Shown piece by piece: positions 26,301 through 37,419 of a stretch of 64,000 nucleotides of DNA. The notes below the pieces were generated by a model, which worked only from the letters and a program-made list of their open reading frames with translations, was not told the DNA's origin and searched no databases. Within the stretch, counting starts at the first letter, position 1. The number at the start of each line of letters is the position of its first letter. The stretch comes from Raillietiella orientalis (taxonomy: Eukaryota): NCBI GenBank assembly GCA_036172245.1, contig JAYWIR010000013.1, positions 3,658,001-3,722,000 of the forward strand, read 5' to 3'. Both the position numbers and the translations under genes were made by a program.

Positions 26301-29300
26301 CAATACTTTTCCCAAGGAAACATTATCATCAAGGCTATATGATTTTTGGAAACGAAGATCGTCCATTTGTTTTTTTCTTTCCAAAAGTTGCGTCCTCCAC
26401 TGTTCCCACTGAGTTTCATATTCAGAATATGCCATCTATCAAGAAAATTAAATGAGTAAAATATATTTTGTGCTCAAAAGTGTTTTTTTTACGTAAATAA
26501 AAAAATCAATTCTAATTTCACTAAATAATATAAAAATAAAGATATAGGTCTTGACCTGCTATCATATATGACATACATACATAATTGCATTCTTCAATGT
26601 ATTTGTTTACACAAGCAAAAAAATATTCCACACCTAAAAATAAAAGCTAGGTCTCTCTGATAAATACTGCAAAAAACGGAATTGGAAACTAGAAACACTG
26701 GAAACTCTTTTGCGATAGGAGTCTCCAATTTTTCTTTCTGTACAGTTGCTGATGCAAAATGAGTGATGTTAGATGTCAGAAATGTTAGAATCCTTTATTT
26801 ACGAATGTATCATTGAGCTTGTTTAAAAGAATCAAATACCATATTTGAACTAGCAGTTTGATTCATGCTTTAAAAGATAAAAGATAAACAGAGAAAATGC
26901 CCAGAAGAGAATCTTATTAAACAAACGAGCAGGATCACTTATTAAAAGTAATAAGGCTTAAATTATAGCACTAACTAGGAGCAGTACTGTTATTTCCAAC
27001 ACACTTAAATTAAGAAACTGTAAAAGACTTTAGAAAATTAAAAACATGCCTTATTGGGATCATTTTTATGTTCTTCTTTCCACCTCAAAAATTGCTCTTC
27101 CCACTGCTTGAACTGTTCTTCAAACAATCTAGCAGCTTCCTCCAATCTTTTATCCTTTCCAAAGAAATTAAATTTACTTTGAAGAAAGCAATTATTTTAA
27201 AACAAAACAATATTTGTAAACAATTAAATCTGAATGATACTGTTATAGTAAAATAAGGGAAAACAAAAATGAACTATGCTGATGCTTTTGTAAGAATTTG
27301 TCATGCTAATTTGTATCATGCATGCATATAAATTTCGAAAATCCCAAAGGTCAAAAAAATCTAAAGTGGTAAAAAATCCAAATTAATCTAAATTATTAAT
27401 ATCTTCAAAATTAGGAAGGGCATCATAAATTTCCATTTAGAAATAAAGACACAGCTATGAAATGATCCTTGATTTTCAAGAAAGTGAATACTGATGGTTT
27501 ATCCTACTTTGAATTAGAATTTCTTAGCTGTCCAGCAATAATGTTTGTTCTAAACCACTAATTCATTAGTTAATGATGTTCAGGTTAATGGTATTTAATT
27601 CAGATTATTTATTTACGATTTCCTTCAATTGCATGACTATAACATAAACATATGTACTTGAGAGTAAACACAATTCACTTGTGCTAGTTTATAAAATGGC
27701 CATTCTGGAATTAAATTTCTTCTAATGTAAGTTGCATGCATAGATAGCATATGCACAATGAAACTGAAGTACACACAATTTGAGCAAATGGATTCATTAA
27801 GTTAACCAACTTTCACAGGCCAAGAAATAAGACATTAAATTATCAAAAGGAAATCCTACTCATGCTTTCAAAGAAACAGTTAACAACTGTACTTTCAAAG
27901 ACCCTAACACATACTGACGTGAACAAATATTTTATAACCTAATTTGCATCCCTCCCCCCAAGTGGAATTAGCTAAATCAGCTGTTTTCAGTATTATAATC
28001 ATTTTTCTGCTGTCTAAACTTTTCCTTTACATGGAGAATGCAAATTCCATTAAACTGAATGTATACACTACTTTTTGAAAAGCTGCATTATTAAAAGTTT
28101 ACCTTAAATAACCCAAACACATAATTTTGTCTATTCTTTTCCAAATATATCCAAAAATGCAATAAATCTTTTGGCACAGAGACGAATTCTTACATACTAG
28201 CACAAACATTTACAAAAAAATATAAAAAATTCAATCCATTAGCTCAGAATGAGTAAAATCATCAATCAAATTAAGTTGAACATAAGAGATGCCTTTTTCT
28301 TTGTTCATGCATTTAATTTTAATAAAAACAAATATAGAACATGGCAAGCCAAATATAAATATAAAATAAAATAAATGCATGACGGATTACAAGCTGAGTT
28401 TAAAATCTGCTGGTATCTCTCAATTGTATGCATATGATAATATAAACAATGTATTAAAATGCTTCTCATAAAAATATTAGCAATTTACTTTTATGTGGCA
28501 GCAAAAGCATGACTTCAGTATGCCTTAATCATTAGTTATGCAAAGCACGAATTTATAGTGCCATTGAAAAGCAAATGACATTGGAACACCATTTAAATTT
28601 CTATTTTTGTACAAATCCAAATAGAAAATTTCCAATATCAAATTTTTCAGGGTAAGATACTGAGCGAATTTTTTGCATTCAAGTTGGCGCATTGAGATTA
28701 TTTAGCAAATTTTACCATTCCTTTTAACTTTCCTAACTGTTCATCGAGAAATGTTTCATAATTTCTTGAATTTTATCAAATTAACCTAAGAATAAAATCA
28801 AAATTTTATACGGAGAACTACTGAATTTAATAATCAATTTGAGTTTAGACAAAAAATACAAAGAAAACAGAAAAGCAAACATTATTGGAATTAGCATTCA
28901 TACCTTCAGAAAATCAGCCCGGGATGCCATCCTTGAAATAGGTGCATTCATCTTAGGTAGCTGGCTTTCATGCTCAAAAGAAGAGTTATAAGTTGAGTTC
29001 TGATGGCTTTCCAAAGTTCGTGAATTTGCTTTATCTTGTAAACTGGTGTCATGCTTTTCTAAATGTGCTCCTTCCTTCTCAACCTCTTTGCAATGTAAAG
29101 ACTGAACAGAAGCTACCGCACTCTTTTCTGGGATAGAAATCACAGGTGTAACTGTTTCATTTGACTCAACTTTTGGAGATGGTGGTAGTGGAGGTAAAGA
29201 ACTAAGTGGTGCCTCAGAATCTTCAGAAGGAGGGGGTGGGGGAGGAGGGGGAGGCAAAGGTGGAGGTACTAAAGGTACTGCTATTCCACTGGAATTTGAT

Positions 29301-31884
29301 ACCTAGAAATGAGAAAAATACGTATAATAATGAAAAAACTTATCGCTTGATTGCAAATAAGTACAACACTTAAGCTATATTAGCACCAGTACATTTCAAT
29401 ATAACAAGTTTGAAACAAATATTTTCTCTAACTATGCTCAAAAATTAAAAGCAGCATTACTACTAAAATTACAAAGAACTTCTAAAATTTTAATCTGAAA
29501 CCAATTCCGTAAACACAATGCAATTAGCTGCAATCCTAATTTCACATGTCATTCAAAAACTCTTACAATAAGCTAACTTTCACTTGCGAATTTGCATCAT
29601 AATTTGTAACCTCAAAAAACAAAAACTGGGATTCTGAGCCTGCTGATCCATTGCTTATGACTATAAACAATATTCACTATAAACATAAAATTTGTGCTAA
29701 TCAAATTCAAATTAAATACGAATAGCATTATAAAAAAAATCCTTGTTTTTTACAGAGAAGAAGATTCATTTCTTACATAATGAATAAAACATGTCTTTTC
29801 CTATGCACCATTAAGTGTTAACCATAAATGGGGCCTTAATTGGAATGGCAAGAAATTCATTGTACCCGGTTTTTTGGGTAACCACAAACTCCAATTAAAG
29901 AATCAGTTACAATACAATACTCCATATTGTATTGTAACTGAAACTTTAATTTGTTCAGTTTATTTATTGATTAGAAAAAGGGGATGACTGGGACATAGAA
30001 AGGAAAAAAAAACTCAGACATTAAGCTGCATCGCAAATGCAGGTGTAGGAAAAAGAAAACCATATTTTGCACAACTGATTCAACATACACAGTGACAGTG
30101 ACTATGAAACACCCATTCAAGGCTGCTAATTGGTTAGAATACCATTCTGTTTTGAAAAAAAGTAGATCTGTAAGATCTGTAAATACCGACTTTGGTATGA
30201 ACAAAAATATGCTTGCTATGAACATAGAACTTTTATACGGATTTGATTAAAAGATAACATTTTTTAAACATTCGAAACTGATGAAGCATGAAATTTTGTT
30301 CGACAAATTATTGATTGGACTTGAATTATGCTTCTTTTCGATTTGCATACTTGAAGAATTAATAAGCAATCTCACAATATTTTCAAAAATAGGAAAATGA
30401 GCATCTGTTACACAATATTGCAAAATTGATTGCAAAAAAAAACATGAAAAATAATCAGCTTCCTAAAGACTTAATTACGAATACATTATGCTCCTTATAC
30501 ATTTCTAATTACAAGCTGGCAACATATTTCTGAAAGTACAAGCATTCCAATCCGCTAATGCTTTGATTTATATCTCAAGTCAAAATAAGGAAATTAAACA
30601 AGCTTCCCTATCAGATTTATATTACAGCAAGAATTTACTACATCAACTGGCAAACAGTATCATGAAAAAGGAATTTTTTTTTGCTTGCAGATACTATTTT
30701 TCTTAATTTCCATGCTTTTTTAAAGCCCTCCTAGTTTCCAAAAAAACTATGCATTTTCACGCAGCATACCAAATTCTTGTGTTTTATTATAAACTTCAGA
30801 CAAAAATGAAAAATCCCATTCATCAACAAAAATATCCACATACAAAGTTACCATAACTATAATTGCAACTTAATTGAAAAAATAAATTAATTAAAATCTG
30901 ATGATGGGGAACATGGAGTTTGGAAAGCATAAGCACAATCAGCAAACAGAATAACAATAACTAAATGGCACAACACATGCTTTCTTTGCAGACTTAAGTA
31001 AGCATGAGTTTCAAATACAAAAGAGCTACTTTGAGAAGGAAATCCTCTAGAGAAAATGTAACATCAACATTGTTATTTAATTGAAAAACACTATTTAGCT
31101 CTAGAGTAGTATTTGCCCACAAGATAAATAAGTCTTTACCTTGTGGGCAAATGTGCAATATGATTTGGCTTTCATTTGCTATCAAATTTTCTAAGGATCT
31201 AAAATCTAAGTGCTCAACATGCGAATTTGAAACGTTACCAGTTTGCCCAAATTTAACTTTGATTGTATACATATGAACAATCATATCCATGTACTTTATT
31301 AACAAATTTACAAAATTGTTCTCATTGCATGGTAAAACATACATTTGGAATAAATTGGTGAACTAAAATCCAAGAACTAAATAATTTCCAGGCATATGAA
31401 TCAACATTCCCAAGAAAATGATGATTTCAATAGCATGGTCTCACCTTGGTGGAAGCAGCTGAAGTTGTCACTAAATTTGTATTTGGATAATATGTACTAG
31501 TGTTTGTGTATACAGATGGTTGGACAGGCCACTGATAGGATTGTGAAGGGGCTACATAATTCCATGACTGGTTAGGCATATATGCAATCTGAAATGATAT
31601 GCTTTGTCACAAGTTTACACAAGTAATTTTGAAAAGTTAAAATATGTCTTTATTACTCATGAAAAGTCCAATAACTATTCATTATGCAAAAGAATCACTG
31701 TTCACCAGTTAAATACTTTGCTGCCGATTAATTTAAAAGGATCAAAAAAATGCGTCAAGAGTTAATTTAATCTGCTTACTGGATACTTTGGTAATGATGA
31801 TGCTGCCGCTGCTGTATTCCAATAATTTGGAATAAAACCTCCAATTGGTGGAGGAGGCTGTGACCAGAAATTCCAGTTTGCCAT
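14306..31884 (-). CDS. YLPM1: YLP motif-containing protein 1 (ZAP3), 19 coding exons, about 1153 aa
   Basis: Exons 31884-31780, 31588-31445, 29302-28904, 27154-27050, 26435-26307, 23491-23353, 23284-22623, 17791-17697, 17397-16972, 16847-16681, 16176-16146, 15989-15794, 15748-15635, 15589-15413, 15364-15197, 15139-15071, 15013-14938, 14689-14571, 14446-14306 (sum 3462 nt, phases consistent). Motifs: poly-Pro N-terminus, QFKQWEEQF/YETQWEQWR, DYAHG, P-loop IILRGAPGSGKT, RILSLDDYF, SKWE...DKLDGL, PP1-docking KKRVHW, and C-terminal AVGFVLGQTDW...TKYI*. Extra exons within the long introns cannot be excluded. Confidence 0.95.
25064..25116. repeat. 20-bp perfect inverted repeat (intronic hairpin)
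   Basis: AACAACAATATTCCTCCACC, 13-nt loop, GGTGGAGGAATATTGTTGTT. Confidence 0.9.
29903..29941. repeat. 17-bp perfect inverted repeat (intronic hairpin)
   Basis: TCAGTTACAATACAATA-CTCCA-TATTGTATTGTAACTGA. Confidence 0.9.
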
Positions 31885-32685
31885 TATTTTTAAAAGTATA
31901 TCACACCAATTAATACAGTGAATATATTATATACGTCAGCAATCTAATACAAATATAACAATGCATTCAGATTACTTGAAGATGCGTCACATCAAAACAA
32001 AAAACAAATAACACATCATCAATAATTAAATAATGCACATTACTATTAAAAAGCATGAAAAATATTTACATTATCACACATATTTGTAATATGAATATTC
32101 TCGCGAATATTACATATAATCAATGTTAAATATTACATATATATATACTTAAAACAAAAAAGGGTGCAACCCACATGTGTCTACATGAAATTTTGAATTC
32201 TACAAATTTAATACAAAATGATGCACAGTTAGTTCAATTTTTTGTCAAATTGTGTGAAACAAGGTTAAGGAATCAACTTATTTATTACCTTGGATGACAA
32301 ATTTTATACAGTCATATCTTCCACAGATATTTAAATGACTGTCCACATAAAAAAATGTCTTTATGAACCAACGCATATTCAAGCAAACATTACAACTAAA
32401 AAGAAAGATTGATCCATGTTTAACAAAAAATCATCATAGCTGTTACATTAGCTGTGAAGAATTTTTCCTGTTAACAAATTAATCTCAGTGATTCCAAATG
32501 ATTCTCCATTTTTTCCCCAAATCCCGTAAACTGCAACTATAAATACTTTGCACGGTGATCCATTGCTTAAAACATCATTTCACGAATTTTCGAAACATGC
32601 TCACAATCAATCCATATTCTATTTGCATTTTCGTATATCAATGTCAAGCTTGCTTCCCATAGAAAACATGAATACATGCCCCACC

Positions 32686-32762
32686 GAGGAGGAGGAGGAA
32701 AGAAAGGAGAAAAAAAAAAAAAAAAGAAAGAAAAGAAAGAAAGAAAGAAAAAAAAAAAAAGG
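32686..32762. repeat. Polypurine (GAG/GAAA/A)n tract
   Basis: About 75 nt of uninterrupted purines on the + strand. Confidence 0.9.
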
Positions 32763-34303
32763 CATCCACGAAATGGTCAATTTTTCGGCATTACGAAAAC
32801 ACAAAATAAAGAAACGAGTCGTGGGGACGTGCTCGATTTACCAGCAAACACTCCCATGCCAGAAACGTTTTTCGAAGGGGCCCTCGTAGAACACCACGAA
32901 AAGCCTAACGAAATTCTCGGGCAGACATTACCCATTCTGCCTTAACCTGAATGAAATGCAGCAAATTATTTCTTGCCGTTTGCCCATCCATTGCTGAACA
33001 GTTATTCACTTGGATGTGGGGGGAAAAAACGATGTTGGATTACAAAATGACAAAATTCGATTGGGAAAAGGACGCAGTCCATAATTTAGATTTCCATATT
33101 CATGAAAGGCCGTTCCATATCCATCGAATTACTTGTTGTGTAAAAAAATCGTGAAACGAAATAAATACAAATGATGAAGAGGAATTCGATGGTTTTGAGC
33201 AAATGAAAAGATCCTGATAGCTGGAACTAAAAAAAACAACAATAACAACAACAACAAAAAAAAAAACATTTAATAAACCCCTATTTCGGATATAATTAGA
33301 TTAAATATCCCGATCCCCTATTCCAAATTTCAATCTGGAATAGAGGACTGGGATGTAAAGAAACATCCATAAGCTAAAAAACTCGGAAAAGCTGTCATTC
33401 CATTCTTAACATGTGTTTTTCTCTAAAAAAAACATTATTTATAATTAACGATTATGATCATCAAGGCAGAGAAAACGGCGAGTGGAGGGTTCCGCTTGAA
33501 TTCCCATAAATGTCTTTCAAAATTAGACAACCATCCGCAAAAGGTTCAAAACTCACATTCAGGAATATCATGAAGAGAAACCTCAGGAACGAATGAATAA
33601 ATGATTAATCAGATCAATAAAGCTCCGAGAGCAGATTTTGTCAAAGGAATTTTGGTGTCTTTACAAAAATGTAGCGAGAAAACATTGCTTTTAATAATAC
33701 GCTTATATTAGGTATGCATGCATGCAGGTTGTAGTAGTAAACTCATAAAAATTCCAAAAACACATGCAGGAGCCAAACGAAATGGATGCTGAGAAAAGCA
33801 TACAATAATTTTTAAATGGGATGATCATGTAGAATATGATTTTAAAAGTCTGCTTTTGACACTATATCCTGGTTCCAGCAGATCTTAAAATGATCCGGCA
33901 ATCGATGTCGATTTATATGATATAAAAGTCAACTAGCTATGCATAAATTGTATTAGTAAAAAACAAAATTTAGTTATTTCTAAGGAGAATAGTTTTCCTC
34001 TTGGTGCCTTTTTATCGGTATGAAATAATATGGGCATTTTTTCAAGGTTGCGGTTGAGAACGAATTTGAAATTGAAGCATTTTTGGTTAAATATGCATGT
34101 CGGTTTAACCGAAAATGCTTTAATTTCAAATAGGCATGCATTAAAAAACAATTTTCGCTTTTATGGTTTTTAAAATAAGTTTGCCAATAAAAAATCTGGA
34201 TATTGAAGTTTCATTTTGCATATTTGGAGTTGAAGGAGGAATTTTATGAAGAACTTTGGATTCTTGTTTCATTTTCAAGATTGATTAGTATTGGTATGTT
34301 CAA

Positions 34304-34411
34304 TTACAATTGATGCCTGTTGAAATCCTTGCTTCAGTGAAACTTGCTTGCTTTTCTTTATGAATAAACGATCAAAATCAAAGCAAGGATTTCAACAGGC
34401 ATCAATTGTAA
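34304..34411. repeat. 31-bp perfect inverted repeat with 46-nt spacer
   Basis: TTACAATTGATGCCTGTTGAAATCCTTGCTT (34304-34334) and AAGCAAGGATTTCAACAGGCATCAATTGTAA (34381-34411). Confidence 0.92.
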
Positions 34412-35368
34412 CTGGAATCAGAATGTGTACAAACTGAGGGAAGCACAAAAGATTCGTTCAAAACAACTCGTACATTTCAGTACTAATTCATAGTGTTGGT
34501 AGCATTTCGAATGATTGAGGATACGTTTAATTATTTTAAACTACAAAAGATTTTCAGCTTCTGTGGAATATTCATTTTATTTAAACGAAACTTATGTAAT
34601 TTGTGGTAATTCAGCATGCAATGTAGAACTCTGATGCAGCAACGAAATCCAATTGGTTGTTCACGATCACGTGATTTGCCGATACCTATGCATTACCTGT
34701 AGCATGGATTTGGTGAACGTCTGAGTTGTTTTGTTTTCAGAATGCAGAAAACAGAAACGCTCTCTCATGACCTCCGAATCTCAGTGAAACGAATGAAGTC
34801 AACTGCTTGCAAGCAGGTTTCTATACTTTAGAGCAAAGGTAATTGGTGTTCGCGTGCTGAATTCGTTGTTGAGTGGGTATCGTGTCTGATGTGAGATGCT
34901 TGTCTAAAGCACATACTTTGGGAAATTTGAAAGTGCATCACTTGGATGACTCACGGGCATTATATACCTGACATTATTGTTCTTCCGGACAGCTGTTGCC
35001 TGTAGGTTTGCAGAAGTTTGAAGGACTTTAATCCAGCATTGCTTGCGCATGATTTGCATCATTGGTTGATCTGATGACTCCGTGTGTTACATCAGATGGT
35101 TCGTGTTATGAAATGCAGGGTCTTAATCAAATGGCGATGAAGTGCCAGTTTGTGTATTAGATTTGGGAATGAAAAAATTTTTTAGTCCGCGGATTCAAGG
35201 GCGATAATTTAAACAAATGATTTGTCATTATACGAATGATGTCATTTCTGCAATGTTTTGCTGGTTATTGCAGCTTAAATCACGATTGTCAATTTCCAAA
35301 GTGTTGAAAGATTTACAGACCATGGTAGAGTGAGAATTCAAAACCCGTAATCGTTTCGAATTTCAGAA

Positions 35369-35887
35369 ATGTATTATGCAACGTATTTTTTGATTTACGT
35401 TGCTTGCCAACTATATGATGGAAAAACAACTGAAAGTACATTGGTACACGATCATGTTTCAAGTACTATGTTGGTTTTGAGTAATACTGAATACCCAGAT
35501 AGTATAGTTCTGAAAGGAGGACATTATGATTTTTGCTCACTGACTCCTGATGCCATTCATAATAAAGATAATTTAATTACCACTGCTTATGCCAATCTAC
35601 TCAAGTCCACTTCAAGTTTTGCTGTGCATCTTATTGATAGTCTCCAAACCTATCAGCATTTTAATCAAGACTCCCATCCTAGGACAACAGATGCTGTTTT
35701 AGACCATGAAATATCTATACAGCCATCATCTACATTGAATTTTTATGCAAAGGATCCTGAATTCAGTACTATTTATGAAGTGCATTCAGATGAAACTACA
35801 TATGGTTTTGACAATACTTTAGCAATTAGTTCATCATCTAGGAAGCTTTTTGAATGTAACAGCTCAAGAGATGCTTTAATCAACTGA
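35369..35887 (+). CDS. Hypothetical Ser/Thr-rich protein or coding exon (172 aa), divergent from YLPM1
   Basis: Long ORF for AT-rich DNA, with a TTTCAG acceptor immediately before the ATG, a candidate upstream non-coding exon at 34741-34838 and a hydrophobic N-terminus. No recognisable domain. Confidence 0.45.
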   Translation: MYYATYFLIYVACQLYDGKTTESTLVHDHVSSTMLVLSNTEYPDSIVLKGGHYDFCSLTPDAIHNKDNLITTAYANLLKSTSSFAVHLIDSLQTYQHFNQDSHPRTTDAVLDHEISIQPSSTLNFYAKDPEFSTIYEVHSDETTYGFDNTLAISSSSRKLFECNSSRDALIN

Positions 35888-37419
35888 TATTGATGTTTCA
35901 TACATGTATAGCATTGGGGTATAAGAAATTTCAAATGATCCTTCAAATTTTCAAATGGTTGATTTATGTTAGTTTTTGTGGAATATATATATGTATATAT
36001 AAGCAATTTCTTTTTGCTGCACTGGAAATCATCAGTAAGTCCTACTGATAACAGTAAAAGCAAATCTTATTATAACCAATTTTGGACATCTTTTGATGAC
36101 CAAATGTAAAACTACACCATGTCAAATTTACTGATTTATTCAGAATTTTCATGTATTGCAAGCTTGTGTAATATGTAACACTAATGTTATTGTATTATTT
36201 ATTGAGGAAAATTTCTCAACAGACAAATAAATCGATAACACAAATAAACTGATAAGATTTTTCGGAAGGAAATCCTAGTATTTCTAACCAATTCAGTTTA
36301 TACTGTTGTACATTATTAAAGGACCTCCTGGCTTAACTTTGTAACCATTTAGATTCAAAAACAAAGTTCAGTGAAAGTACTAAGCACAAGAGTGAAAGGG
36401 TGGTTGAGCAATGTCTCACTGTCTCCAAGCAGTCATGATGTCCAGTGAGATCAGTGATCCTTTCATTTTTTGCTTTTCAATCCTTAAACAAATTCGATTT
36501 AAAACCCATAATCATTTTCATATACTTTTATTCATCTTCTGTTTATCCCGTTTTCTTGATATTTTAATCACCTCAAAATCCTCTTCTCCATCTGGTTGTT
36601 ATAATTTCCTATCATTTCTCGATGTTTGAAGCCCACCTCCATCCTGTAGCTACCAAGCCATAATATTTATCTTCCAACTCCTTTGTATTATTAATCTTTC
36701 CTTTATTGCTAATTGCATTTCATTATTTCAAGATACAAAAATCTGCAGTATATTTTTAGTAAAACAGCTGTGGTTTTAACACAAGGTTTGAAAACCATTG
36801 TTTTCTAGAGTTATGCACCACCTAATGTTAACATAACACTGATGGGCACAATATTCGTAATTTTCGAATGCTTCTTTGGAAATAACTACAGAGTACCTTC
36901 TTTTTTACTTGTAGCTGCGCATTTCTACTTTTGTTGAGTACACTCTTGAGCACTAGTTTGGATTTTTTTGAACAAACTTTGTGCTAGAAACACTGAAAGC
37001 ATAATCTGAATACAAAATATGCATTGAAATGAAAATTAATATTAAAATAACCCTGCAACTGCCATCTTTTTGCTTTTTAGTAATAAAATGACAGAAAGTG
37101 GCCCAACTTCAATGAAGCCTTAATTGAACGACGGGAACATCAGATTATTTATGAGTATATCTCTGAAAGTCAAAAAAACGGCAAACTTACTAATAGAACT
37201 CACTGCTTATAAATTACAGTAATCATGGTGGAATTATTGGAAATTTTCAATACAGCTGCCAAAAACACGCACAATAACAATCCCGTAAAATGCATGAACT
37301 GGGGATTCAAGAGAGCGGTTTCTGTTTTATGAATTCCGTGCATTATGCTGCAAACCAACAGATCTGGTATGAAGAACCCAAAACATTGTAATCGTTAAAT
37401 TTTGTATAACCTAGTACTT

